Shown one piece after another: positions 1 through 12,358 of a DNA stretch of 64,000 bases. The stretch is taken from contig NC_068997.1 in the NCBI RefSeq assembly GCF_001194135.2, forward strand, positions 49,876,639 through 49,940,638, in the 5' to 3' direction. Each line of letters opens with the position of its first letter. Position 1 is the first letter of the stretch. Below the pieces are notes generated by a model that made no database searches, was not told the origin of the DNA, and saw nothing but the letters and a program-made list of their open reading frames with translations. The DNA comes from Octopus bimaculoides. Taxonomy: Eukaryota. A program made the translations under genes and the position numbers.

Positions 1-95
<95 letters not shown>

Positions 96-119
96 TATTA
101 TATATATACACATATATAC

Positions 120-540
120 ACGCATACACCCACGCACGCACATACATACAACCATGTATATACACGAGGAATATGCACATATGCATACACATTGACAGAT
201 TTATATTGTGTGTGTGTGCGCGCGCGCGAACACATGTCTGTGTATACGTATGTATGTATATGTTTATATTCTTTTCTTTCCTTTTCTGAGCGTCCAATAA
301 CACTACTTTTTCCACGTCCTCGCGTTGTTTTTTTTCATGCTTTTTCTTGTTTGTTCTTGTTTAAATTGACTATATATATATATATATATATACGTATATA
401 TATATACGTATATATATATACACCCACACACATATATGCATGCATACACCCATACACGCACATACATACAACCATGTGTATACACGATAAATATGCACAT
501 ATGCATACACATTGACAGATTCATATTATATATATATATA
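120..540 (+). repeat. Local duplication (~325-bp period) in (TA)/(CA) microsatellite DNA
   Basis: CACATACATACAACCATG...GCACATATGCATACACATTGACAGATT occurs at ~135-205 and ~455-525. Confidence 0.8.
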
Positions 541-542
541 TA

Positions 543-581
<39 letters not shown>

Positions 582-864
582 ATATGTATTGTATACATTA
601 CATAATTGATCATACATACACGCATAACGTAATATACATACGTATATATACCCTACTGTATCACAGAAAGAACGGACGAAGAAATTTGAATGAGAGATAG
701 AAAGAAGAGAAAAATGCCTTAATTCAAACCCCACCGCTTAGAAATCGAAGAACAAAAACAAGAATAACTATAATATAAATATAATTCAAACAAAAAAAAC
801 CCGAAAGAGAGGAGTTGAACAGCGCAGATAACAAACAGAAATAGTCTACGATACATATACATAC

Positions 865-936
865 CTTGTGGGTTGTCATTTCATCTGGTTCTGTCTCATC
901 CGCAGTCATTTTTTCCGAGTTCGTCATAACCACGAC
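865..936 (-). CDS. Candidate 72-nt exon of an unidentified minus-strand gene leaving the window (…MTNSEKMTADETEPDEMTTHK)
   Basis: attgtag acceptor and AAG|GTATGT donor bracket 24 open codons with an ATG; another minus-strand GTAAGT donor lies near 1207. No homology recognised. Confidence 0.4.
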
Positions 937-1310
937 CTACAATCACGAATGTGTTGATGTACGGATACTTCTATATTATAAAGGAACAGTAAATTTATGA
1001 ATTTCCGAGAAAAATTGCTTTTTAGTTTCATTTCTGAGAAATTCCAAGAAAATCTGTTAGTTTTAGTGAGTAGGAAGGAGGTAGGAGGGGGGAATAGGAG
1101 AAGTAGTAGACGAAAGCAGTTGGAGGAAGTGCTTAATGTATGTTGCATAAATTATTTGTCTCCGCCCCCTTTTTTCAGGGGTTTTTCGCGTTTCGGAAAG
1201 AACTTACTACATGAGAGAGATGGTGAAAAGTTGTTTTTATTTATTTTAATTTTTTTAATTTTATTCATTTATTGTAATGCTGGGACCAGGAGATAAATGA
1301 TTGCATGCTT

Positions 1311-1483
1311 AGGAGCGGCTGTGTGGTAAGTAGCTTGCTTAACAACCACATGGTTCTGGGTTCAGTCCCACTGTGTGGCACCTTGGGCAAGTGTCTTCTT
1401 CTATAGCCTCGGGCTGACCAAAGCCTTGTGAGTGGATTTGGTAGACGAAAACTGAGAGAAGCCCGTCGTATATATTTATATAT
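1311..1483 (+). mobile_element. tRNA-derived SINE family A (representative copy)
   Basis: A-box-like GGCTGTGTGGT, B-box-like GGTTCAGTCCC, conserved body ending GACGGAAACTGAAAGAAGCCCGTCG then (TA)n. Further copies near 3040-3187(-), 8553-8720(+), 9420-9550(-), 10345-10505(-), 10888-11028(+), 23995-24140(+), 28120-28285(-), 44900-45062(+), 49700-49850(-), 57020-57172(-), 57778-57920(-). Confidence 0.9.
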
Positions 1484-3006
1484 NNNNNNNNNNNNNNNNN
1501 NNNNNNNNNNNNNNNNNNNNNNNNNNNNNNNNNNNNNNNNNNNNNNNNNNNNNNNNNNNNNNNNNNNNNNNNNNNNNNNNNNNNNNNNNNNNNNNNNNNN
1601 NNNNNNNNNNNNNNNNNNNNNNNNNNNNNNNNNNNNNNNNNNNNNNNNNNNNNNNNNNNNNNNNNNNNNNNNNNNNNNNNNNNNNNNNNNNNNNNNNNNN
1701 NNNNNNNNNNNNNNNNNNNNNNNNNNNNNNNNNNNNNNNNNNNNNNNNNNNNNNNNNNNNNNNNNNNNNNNNNNNNNNNNNNNNNNNNNNNNNNNNNNNN
1801 NNNNNNNNNNNNNNNNNNNNNNNNNNNNNNNNNNNNNNNNNNNNNNNNNNNNNNNNNNNNNNNNNNNNNNNNNNNNNNNNNNNNNNNNNNNNNNNNNNNN
1901 NNNNNNNNNNNNNNNNNNNNNNNNNNNNNNNNNNNNNNNNNNNNNNNNNNNNNNNNNNNNNNNNNNNNNNNNNNNNNNNNNNNNNNNNNNNNNNNNNNNN
2001 NNNNNNNNNNNNNNNNNNNNNNNNNNNNNNNNNNNNNNNNNNNNNNNNNNNNNNNNNNNNNNNNNNNNNNNNNNNNNNNNNNNNNNNNNNNNNNNNNNNN
2101 NNNNNNNNNNNNNNNNNNNNNNNNNNNNNNNNNNNNNNNNNNNNNNNNNNNNNNNNNNNNNNNNNNNNNNNNNNNNNNNNNNNNNNNNNNNNNNNNNNNN
2201 NNNNNNNNNNNNNNNNNNNNNNNNNNNNNNNNNNNNNNNNNNNNNNNNNNNNNNNNNNNNNNNNNNNNNNNNNNNNNNNNNNNNNNNNNNNNNNNNNNNN
2301 NNNNNNNNNNNNNNNNNNNNNNNNNNNNNNNNNNNNNNNNNNNNNNNNNNNNNNNNNNNNNNNNNNNNNNNNNNNNNNNNNNNNNNNNNNNNGCTCGACT
2401 AAAGGCGGTGCTCCAGCATGGCCGCAATCAAATGACTGAAACAAATAAAAGAATAAAAGAAAATCCTAATCACTATTTGAAAGAGAATATCCACACAAAG
2501 TGAGGCTCACGTGGTTTCTAAAGGTGACTAGCTTGTTAGTTCAACCACCAGCTCTGAAGACAGGATATAGAAAGTGAAAAGAAAGAAAAAAAAAAAAGAG
2601 ATGGTCGGAGAAGAAGAAGAACATGGAAAGGGAGAGAGAAATGTTTATTTTTTCTGCTACTGTAAGTAGATAATACATTGTTACTTAACTTGCTGAAAAT
2701 AGCAGCCAACTCGCTTACATATTGAATAATATAGTTCCTCGTCTTACACTGAATAACGTTATCTTGAAACGTAATATTGAATATTATAGTTCTTAATGTA
2801 CAAGCAACGGGCTGGTCATTACTCGGATGCTTTTCATCACGATAACACCAAAGTTAGTTTCTAGCCAATGATGGAAGGCTGTATGGGGCTGGAGGTGTCT
2901 GTGGTGATGTTGGACTAATTTTGTTATTCCTCGATATCTGCAGATGTCAACGAGGGTAGTATATGTCTTTCTTCGATCTGCAATGGAGTCCGAAGCGAAA
3001 ACACAC

Positions 3007-3044
<38 letters not shown>

Positions 3045-3344
3045 GACGGGCTTCTTTCAGTTTCCGTCTACCAAATCCACTCACAAGGCTTTGATCGTCC
3101 CGAGGCTATAGTAGAAGACACTTGCAGTGGGACTGAACCCAGAATCACGTGTTTGGGAAACAATCTTCTTACCAAACAGCCACGCCTGCTGGAAAATTTA
3201 TCGTTTGTATAGTCTCATACAAACGAAATAGTGCCGTCCTAAGGGATGGGCACATTTACAGCTGCCCGTGGGCCTCACTGGCCCTGGGACCCTAATTCCA
3301 ATCTATGTATGCGGTGGCTTCCTGCCAATAAATACATATAATAG

Positions 3345-3680
3345 GATGTAGTGCGCATCGCTTAGTGGTTAGGGTATTCGGCTGACGATCGTAAGAAACT
3401 GAGTTCGATTCCTCACTGCGTATTCTATCCTTGACCAGCACACTTTGTTTCATGTTGTTCCAGTCCATTCGGCTAGTAAAAATGAATAGTACTTGTATAT
3501 CAAAGAGCCAGTCTTGTCACATTTGTTGTGTCACGCTGAATCTCCCACAGAACTACGTTGAGTGTACGTGTGTCTGTGGAGTGTTCAACCACTTGCTCGT
3601 TCATTTCACGAGCAGACTGGAACCCTGGGACCAACGGATCAATTAGAACTCTCATCGTCGTAATCGATGGTGTACCAGTT
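3345..3680 (+). mobile_element. tRNA-derived SINE family B with long body (representative copy)
   Basis: GCTTAGTGGTTAGG / GAGTTCGATTCC head; related copies at 28735-29125(-) and 53705-54030(+). Confidence 0.75.
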
Positions 3681-4454
3681 AAGGAGAAACCTATTATAAT
3701 GCTAAAACAGCCCTGACGAGTTAATGCGTGAGAGAGTGTTCGCGTGTGCATGTGTGTGCACGCGCGTGTGTGTGTGTGTACCATAAAATAGTAATTAAGA
3801 TAGTCTAATTAGTCCTAGTAATCAGTGGCTCCTTCATTGCCTAATAAAACATTGTTTTCACAAAACATCGCAACGATATCCCCGAATGTCAACAAAAATT
3901 CGGGAGCGTGGCTTTTAATTGTTTATAAAATATATCATAAAGCAGTAATTAAGTCATTTTAATTACTGTTATAAATCATAGTCTCCGTCATTGGCTCCTA
4001 AAATATTTTTTTGCAGCCAAAACTTCGTAACAGAATCCTCGAATGACTACAGAAATTTTAAAGTGTGTTATGTTACGTCTACAAAATACACCACAAAACT
4101 GTAATTAGTTTAATTGTAATTAAGCTCAGTAGTCACTTATATAAAATGATGATTAAATTGAGTGAATGTAGCCGAATTTCCTAGTGGTTCCTATGTGCTT
4201 TCAATGTCACCGATTTCCTGTTATACCGGAAACAGCACTTTACGTAATGATTCGACAGTTTTACTATAAATCCTCGCCTTCAAATTAATTTTCATTAACG
4301 GCTGTGTTGTTGAGAAGCTCACTTTGCAGCCACTTGGGGTTCGAGTCCAATCCCACAGCGCGGCACAACGGACAAGTGTCTGTTACTATACCCACTGCTT
4401 GAGCAGTGTCTTGTGAGTAAATTTGCTTGATGGAAATTGTGCAGAATCCCTTCG

Positions 4455-4950
4455 TATACGACGGGGTACCCAAAAGAAACCAGAATGTTGCAATACGCAT
4501 TTTCCACTGTTCGAAGTATTCCTGGAACTCTTGCGAAGTGTTGCCTTTTAACACCTCCATTGTCTTTTTCTTCAGCTCTTCTACATCTGCAAATTCCATA
4601 GCACCAGCTTTCATCACCAGTGATGACCTTCGAAAACAAGTTCGGATCAACTTCCAACTGTTTTTTCAGTTCACGACGCACATTCAGCCATGACTGTTTT
4701 TGATCTTCCGGGAGCAGGCGAGGCACAAAGTTTGCTCCAACTCTTTTCATTCGCAATTCCTCGCTCAAAATTCGTTGGTAGGGGTTCCAGGACACACCAG
4801 GCATATCAACAAGTTCGTCAATTGTTCGGAGAAGATCAGTTCATGAATATTCATGAATATTCATATAGGAGATCAACGGTTGCCCTGAATGAGGTTGGTC
4901 TTCAAGCAACAAGTGATCATTCCTATATTTACAGCCTTGTACGTCAATAA
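4455..4950 (-). mobile_element. Mariner transposase remnant with internal deletion
   Basis: Translates to LRMKRVGANFVPRLL...KVITGDESWCYG joined directly to the C-terminal FADVEELKKKT...FEQWK; TACGA.GGG mariner-type terminus at ~4455. Confidence 0.75.
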
Positions 4951-5061
4951 ACCACTACTGTTCCTAAATTTGTTTTTTTTTTATACCTTCTATGGATTGC
5001 TTGAAGCTAACTAACTTCCTACACCTTGATCCTTGGATCTTACCTTTACATATAATTGTGT

Positions 5062-5417
5062 GTGCGAGGGTAGGCTGAGAAGTTCATAGGATGACTATGA
5101 AGGAGTGATACTATGGCATTAATTTCAACTCTACTTATTAATAACTGCATTGTTTCTTTCCAGCTAAACTGACATCTGACTATTTAATGAAGGCCTTCAA
5201 AAGTAACTAGCAGCCACTTCTTTTCAAAACTGGCAAAATTTGGCATCACTGTGTCATCAAGTACTGTGTCATTCATGCTGTCATAGATGCTACATAAGGG
5301 AATGAGACTCCATATTTATCCACAGTGCATAAAGTGGGCAACTGAATTGATCGTGTTCACCACATGGTGATGGATGACAGGTGATTGACTATACAGCAAA
5401 TAGCTAATGCTATTAGC

Positions 5418-5420
<3 letters not shown>
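5062..5420 (+). mobile_element. Mariner 5' end and transposase HTH fragment
   Basis: CGAGGGTAGGCTGAAGAGTTCATAGG terminus; decayed STV.KWA.E...IDRVHHMVMDDR.LTIQQIANAISI. Confidence 0.7.
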
Positions 5421-5491
<71 letters not shown>

Positions 5492-5972
5492 NNNNNNNNN
5501 NNNNNNNNNNNNNNNNNNNNNNNNNNNNNNNNNNNNNNNNNNNNNNNNNNNNNNNNNNNNNNNNNNNNNNNNNNNNNNNNNNNNNNNNNNNNNNNNNNNN
5601 NNNNNNNNNNNNNNNNNNNNNNNNNNNNNNNNNNNNNNNNNNNNNNNNNNNNNNNNNNNNNNNNNNNNNNNNNNNNNNNNNNNNNNNNNNNNNNNNNNNN
5701 NNNNNNNNNNNNNNNNNNNNNNNNNNNNNNNNNNNNNNNNNNNNNNNNNNNNNNNNNNNNNNNNNNNNNNNNNNNNNNNNNNNNNNNNNNNNNNNNNNNN
5801 NNNNNNNNNNNNNNNNNNNNNNNNNNNNNNNNNNNNNNNNNNNNNNNNNNNNNNNNNNNNNNNNNNNNNNNNNNNNNNNNNNNNNNNNNNNNNNNNNNNN
5901 NNNNNNNNNNNNNNNNNNNNNNNNNNNNNNNNNNNNNNNNNNNNNNNNNNNNNNNNNNNNNNNNNNNNNNNN

Positions 5973-6180
5973 ACATAATAAACACAATATAACACAGGCC
6001 GATATATATATTTATTTTTTTTCTCCGTGTTTTTCTCCTTGTCTCCGTATTCTTTCTGTTGAAGAGCGTAGCTCGAAACGTCAAAGACTTTCCGTATTCC
6101 CGAGCGTCATACTAATATATACTTTTGTTATTTACACCACCTGTCCTCGTCTGTTGTTATTTTTTGTATATTCTCCCATA
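5973..6180 (+). mobile_element. Dispersed repeat with a Penelope-like GAAGAG...CGAAACGTC tail
   Basis: Near-identical inverted copy at 11500-11690 and a partial copy at 8726-8800. Family assignment is tentative. Confidence 0.55.
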
Positions 6181-6242
6181 TATATATATATATATATAGG
6201 AGAGTATTGTAGTTCGCTTGAAGCACTGTGTATTGTTTGTAA

Positions 6243-6421
6243 AGAATTAAAAGTTTGAATGGTACAATAATGCACTATAATAACAAACAATGGGTTATAT
6301 ACCTGTTGTAATTTAGTCAGCCATAGTCCTATATATCAGACTATGGATGACTAAATTACTACAGGTATATAACCCATTGTTTGTATTATAGTGCATTATT
6401 GTACCATTCAAAACTTTTAAT

Positions 6422-6424
<3 letters not shown>
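6243..6424. repeat. Near-perfect palindrome (two ~86-bp arms, ~10-nt loop)
   Basis: AGAATTAAAAGTTT...CCATAGTC / GACTATGG...AAACTTTTAATTCT; 2 mismatches and 2 single-base indels by eye. Confidence 0.9.
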
Positions 6425-6468
<44 letters not shown>

Positions 6469-6744
6469 CTTCTCCTAACTTGTGTTTCTTTCTCTCCGTT
6501 GTAGCTGGAACAAGGAAGACGTTTTCTTGTCTGTCTCCTGTCCAAGCTTGATTTACGTGTTCGCCACCACAATCTCGTTTAGACTTAGCAGCCCTTCCTG
6601 TTTCTTTTCACTGTCCTGTTTGTGTTACCAATTTTGACCCTCCGCAAAATCCCAAATTTTATTTAATCTGCTTTGCGGGAGCAACTGTTTTATCGAAAGC
6701 GTATCTTGTTAAATGCTTCCCCCAAACTTTAGATCATGTGTCCA

Positions 6745-6945
6745 TTCTTTTATTCTTTTACTTGTTTCAGTCATTTGACTGAGGCCATACTGGAGCACTG
6801 CCTTAAAGGGTTTTGGTCGAAGAAATTGACCCCAAGACCTATTCTTTGCAAGCCTAGTACTTATTCTATCGGTCTTTTTGCCGAAACGCTATGTTACAGA
6901 GACGTAAACGCATCAATATTGGTTGTCAAGCGTTGGTGGGGGAAC
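6745..6945 (-). mobile_element. SINE family C (GCGGCCATGCTGGAGCACCGCC core; representative copy)
   Basis: Dispersed ~200-bp repeat; also at 2394-2460, 8830-8935, 9868-10020, 15295-15350, 27905-28100, 54055-54270, 55660-55830, 57320-57490. Confidence 0.85.
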
Positions 6946-6985
6946 CAACACTCACACTCACGCAGAAATATATTGTATGTCTCTG

Positions 6986-7021
<36 letters not shown>

Positions 7022-7196
7022 CAGAGACATACAATTCGGGACCAGATTCCGAAAACCCAGTGTCGAACAGATCTAATGAAAGTACAAAAATAAATAAATA
7101 AATAAATAAATAAAAGATAAATAGGCGGTAGTTAATGGCACCAAACTATTAATGAATTAATTATACATCATTTCACTTATTAACATACACACGACA

Positions 7197-7244
<48 letters not shown>

Positions 7245-7285
7245 TGTGTATGTGTGTGTGGATATGTATATAGATATTTATGTGA

Positions 7286-7349
<64 letters not shown>

Positions 7350-7360
7350 GTGTGTGTACA

Positions 7361-7580
7361 CAGGGTCGGCCAAAGTCACCTGACCATTTAATTCCAAAAT
7401 TTATTTATGTTTAATTACTGAATGAATTTAATAAAAGCACCTAAATATGAAACATCATGAAAAATTGTTCAAAACTGAAGTCCTTCTCGAGCGACACATT
7501 CTTCCATTCGAGTCAATAAGAATTACAGATTTTATTCATGGAATTTTGATTTACTGTCGGGTGACTTTTGGCCAGCCCTG
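7361..7580. mobile_element. Tc1/mariner-type MITE, 220 bp
   Basis: TIRs CAGGGTCGGCCAAAGTCACCTGAC / GTCGGGTGACTTTTGGCCAGCCCTG in a TA-rich context. Confidence 0.8.
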
Positions 7581-8137
7581 CATATAAACATCAACAGAGG
7601 TATGAGACATCGTAGTAATAGTATTAGTAGCAGCAGCAGCAGCAGCAATAGTATCAGCACCTACTACCTGCAGGAAAAGTATTATGTTAGCGAGAGAGAG
7701 AGAGAGAGAGGGAAGAGAAGAGAGAAAGAGCGGGGAAGATGACGGCTGAAGGTAAAAACACTATACGCCTAGTTTATTCATTTTAACAGCAGCAGATAAT
7801 CGTGTTGGTGAACGAACGCTTGCATTAGCAGTCACAATACTCGCAGTTAGAGATACAGAAAACGGGGAGGCTGCTTCTGAGAAAATATATTGTTTACCAA
7901 TTCCAAGAAATGACATTTCTTGCCGATTCCTGGAATTTCTAGCAGCTGCTGCCGCTAATGAGTTCCAAGAAAATCGAAATGAGAACACGTGCTCACAGAC
8001 CGTCCCCACCACCCTCTTCATGTTCCTACGTCAGCATGTGACTAACAGGTTATATATATATGCATATACACACGTGTATATCTTTTATTTATATATTAAA
8101 CTGCAGCCATGCTGGGGCACGGCCTTGAAGAATTTTG

Positions 8138-8373
8138 GGATCTATTTTAAAACGGGGGCCACAGTATTTTCTTAACGAAACACTTTGAAACTTGGAACAC
8201 TGGTAGAATGTGTCATATAAAACATCTTACATGAAATAAATTCGAATACAAAAATATTTTTCTGTTCTATAACACAAAATAGATAAGTATACGAAGTTTG
8301 AAAGTCTTTCGGTACCAAAAACACTACGTAAAACATTAATGAAAACTGTGGCCCCCGTTTTAAAATAGATCCG
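8138..8373. mobile_element. MITE with perfect 28-bp TIRs (GGATCTATTTTAAAACGGGGGCCACAGT)
   Basis: TIRs at 8138-8165 and 8345-8372; internal sequence shared with the element at 24792-25552. Confidence 0.85.
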
Positions 8374-9368
8374 AATGAAGTGTCTTCACTGCTTTATTTT
8401 CCTTTTTAAGCTTGCTACTTGTTCTGTCGTTCTCGTTTTGTCGTGAGACATAAACGAAGCAACACCAGTCGCCAAGTGGCGATGGGGAGAAACACAAATA
8501 TCCATGCGCGTACACACACACATACATATGTACATATATATGTGTGTGTGTGTAGGCGTAGGAGTGGCTGTGGTAAGTAGCTTGCTTACCAACCACATGG
8601 TTCCGGGTTCAGTCCCACTGCGTGGCACCTTCGGCAAGTGTTTTCTATTATATCCTAGTGCCGACAAAAGCTTTGTGAGTGGATTTGGTAGACGGAAACT
8701 TAAAGAAGCCCATCATACGTATGTATACTAATATATACTTTTGTTATTTACACCACCTGTCCTCGTCTGTTGTTATTATTTGTATATTCTCCTATCTATA
8801 TATATATATGCGTGTGTGTGTATATATTCTTTTATTTGTTTCAGTCATTTCACTGCGGCCATGCTGGAGCACCGCCTTTAGTCGAGCAAATTGACCCCAG
8901 GACTTATTCTTTGTAAGCCTAGTACTTATATATATATATANNNNNNNNNNNNNNNNNNNNNNNNNNNNNNNNNNNNNNNNNNNNNNNNNNNNNNNNNNNN
9001 NNNNNNNNNNNNNNNNNNNNNNNNNNNNNNNNNNNNNNNNNNNNNNNNNNNNNNNNNNNNNNNNNNNNNNNNNNNNNNNNNNNNNNNNNNNNNNNNNNNN
9101 NNNNNNNNNNNNNNNNNNNNNNNNNNNNNNNNNNNNNNNNNNNNNNNNNNNNNNNNNNNNNNNNNNNNNNNNNNNNNNNNNNNNNNNNNNNNNNNNNNNN
9201 NNNNNNNNNNNNNNNNNNNNNNNNNNNNNNNNNNNNNNNNNNNNNNNNNNNNNNNNNNNNNNNNNNNNNNNNNNNNNNNNNNNNNNNNNNNNNNNNNNNN
9301 NNNNNNNNNNNNNNNNNNNNNNNNNNNNNNNNNNNNNNNNNNNNNNNNNNNNNNNNNNNNNNNNNNNN

Positions 9369-9421
<53 letters not shown>

Positions 9422-10056
9422 TATATATGTATACGACGGGCTTCTTTCAGTTTCCGTCAACCAAATCCACTCGCAAGATGCCACGCAGTAAGACTGAACC
9501 CGGAACCGTGTGGGAGGAAGCAAGTTTCTTACCACCCAGCCACGCCTGTATGCATGTATACACACACACACACACGAAGCAAGGCAGAACAAGATGGCTC
9601 TCCCTCCTTACAACCCGGAATATATACATGTATTTTTGTTTCTTCAAGCTTACCTCCATAGACTTTTTATCGAATTCAGAGGCAGCACTAAATACTATGA
9701 AAAATATCTGTAGAGATAAACTTCAAAATAGGAACATCACACTGTTAACACAAAAGTAAGACGCAATATTGACTAGTAAACCTATAATATACTCGGTAGT
9801 TTATTGTAGCTGCATAAAGAAATACAGCGACCTTGGTGGCAATTAATGAATGTGTGTGTGTGTCTACATTTACTCTTTTACTTGTTTCAGTCATTTGACT
9901 GCGGCCATGCTAGAGCACCGCCTTTAGTCGAGCAAATCGACCCCAGGACCTCTTTTGCCGAACCGCTAAGTTACGGGGACGTAAACACACCAGCATCGGT
10001 TGTCAAGCGATGTTGGCGGGATAAACACAGACACACAAACATATACACACACATAC

Positions 10057-10089
<33 letters not shown>

Positions 10090-10559
10090 NNNNNNNNNNN
10101 NNNNNNNNNNNNNNNNNNNNNNNNNNNNNNNNNNNNNNNNNNNNNNNNNNNNNNNNNNNNNNNNNNNNNNNNNNNNNNNNNNNNNNNNNNNNNNNNNNNN
10201 NNNNNNNNNNNNNNNNNNNNNNNNNNNNNNNNNNNNNNNNNNNNNNNNNNNNNNNNNNNNNNNNNNNNNNNNNNNNNNNNNNNNNNNNNNNNNNNNNNNN
10301 NNNNNNNNNNNNNNNNNNNNNNNNNNNNNNNNNNNNNNNATATACATATATACGACGGGCTTCTTTCAGTTTCCGTCTACCAAATCCACTCACAAGGATT
10401 TGGTCGGGCCGAGGCTATAGTAGAAGACACTTGCCCAAGGTGCTACGCAGTGGGAATGAACTCGGAACCATGTGGTTGGTAAGCAAGCTACTTACCACAC
10501 AGCCAGCTTCAGCTAGAGGTTGGGGCCATACTGGAGCACCACATTTCCATGCTTTAGGG

Positions 10560-10870
10560 TCTCCTTTCTGTACTGTTTTTTGGTGAAGAAGTGAGTTGGA
10601 CGAAGCTGCCCTTCTTTGTGCCTCCTGCTATGATGTGAGCTCATCTGGGATTTCAGACAGAAATATGTCCGAGGGCCTCCTGAACGTTTCCACATCTACA
10701 CCTTGCAGATCCCTTAAGTTCCTTGGCAGAATGTGAAACAGCTTTGGTCCCCTGAAACCCAAGTTGTTGCAATACTGGGTCCTTATCTGAGATGAAGATT
10801 CACTACAGTTTCACTTGGCTTGACGAGCCTTCTCAAGCACTGCACATCGCAAAAAGATCTCGGTCACTTA
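10560..10870 (-). mobile_element. CR1/L2-group LINE 3' fragment
   Basis: Reads TQYCNNLGFRGPKLFHILPRNLRDLQGVDVETFRR, typical of CR1-group ORF2 C-termini. Confidence 0.65.
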
Positions 10871-12209
10871 TCGCCTCAGTAAGGCTGTAGTGGCTGTGTG
10901 GTAAGTAGCTTGCTTACCAACCACATGGTTCCGGGTTCAGTCCCACTGCGTGGCACCTTGGGCAAGTGTCTTCTACTATAGCCTCGGGCCGACCAAAGCC
11001 TTGTGAGTGGATTTGGTAGACGGAAACTNNNNNNNNNNNNNNNNNNNNNNNNNNNNNNNNNNNNNNNNNNNNNNNNNNNNNNNNNNNNNNNNNNNNNNNN
11101 NNNNNNNNNNNNNNNNNNNNNNNNNNNNNNNNNNNNNNNNNNNNNNNNNNNNNNNNNNNNNNNNNNNNNNNNNNNNNNNNNNNNNNNNNNNNNNNNNNNN
11201 NNNNNNNNNNNNNNNNNNNNNNNNNNNNNNNNNNNNNNNNNNNNNNNNNNNNNNNNNNNNNNNNNNNNNNNNNNNNNNNNNNNNNNNNNNNNNNNNNNNN
11301 NNNNNNNNNNNNNNNNNNNNNNNNNNNNNNNNNNNNNNNNNNNNNNNNNNNNNNNNNNNNNNNNNNNNNNNNNNNNNNNNNNNNNNNNNNNNNNNNNNNN
11401 NNNNNNNNNNNNNNNNNNNNNNNNNNNNNNNNNNNNNNNNNNNNNNNNNNNNNNNNNNNNNNNNNNNNNNNNNNNNNNNNNNNNNNNNNNNNNNNNNNNN
11501 NATATATGGGAGAATGTACGAAAAAGCAACAACAGACGAGGACAGGTGGTGTAAATAACAAAAGGATGTATTAGTATGACGCTCGGGAATACGGAAAGTC
11601 TTTGACGTTTCGAGCTACGCTCTTCAACAGAAAGAATACGGAGACAAGGAGAAAAAACACGGAGAAAAAAAATTGAATAGTGTTCAGTCAGCGGTCAATC
11701 ATAATAATGGCTGATCATACATACATACACATGTATATATGTTTCTGTGTATATATCTATATATCTATGTGTTTAGTAGAATGCTATGCAAAGCTTGTCC
11801 GTAGTTATTGGCTACTGGATGTCATCAAACTGGAAATATTCTTGCTACTAGACATGCATCAGAAATTCTACAGTATCCGTAGAGCTTACATAAATAGATA
11901 AGTAATAGAAAATGAATTGAAGGACATTCTTTATTTAAATCGCTACAAGTGTTTCGACACATTTTTACACTTGTAGTACATTGGTAAGATGATATAATTA
12001 ACATATTGTGTAATCAAACATGCAAAATGCATTTCTTCAGGTGACTGTTTAAAACAATCTCATCATGGTTTTTGTAGAATATTAAGAATGAATGATGCTG
12101 GTTGTACAGCAAGACCAATCCTTTACAACTATCACACAATGTCAAGGCAAGGACACGCACATTCATCCACACACACGAATAGATATATACGGTATATATG
12201 TATTTGTGA

Positions 12210-12356
12210 GTGTGTCTTTGACTCGCTTACAGAAAACGACTCCCAGGCCAGATTCCAGAAGTGGCAGGAACGCTGAGACCGGTGTATTGCTGCGCAAGGT
12301 GGCTATTTCGAAGGAGATCCTGTTAAAACTCAGGTAAATAAGTTATTTTTTATTAA
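12210..12356 (+). mobile_element. Mariner 3' fragment
   Basis: FQKWQER.DRCIAAQGGYFEGD, the mariner C-terminal motif. Confidence 0.7.
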
Positions 12357-12358
12357 CT

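Noticed and set aside
8159-8166. CACAGT (RSS heptamer-like) in the MITE TIR, suggesting Transib/RAG
   Set aside because: It is at the inner end of the TIR, not the terminus; no nonamer or 5-bp TSD seen.
8553-8720. tRNA genes at SINE heads
   Set aside because: A/B boxes are present, but each continues into a conserved SINE body and simple-repeat tail with no complete cloverleaf.
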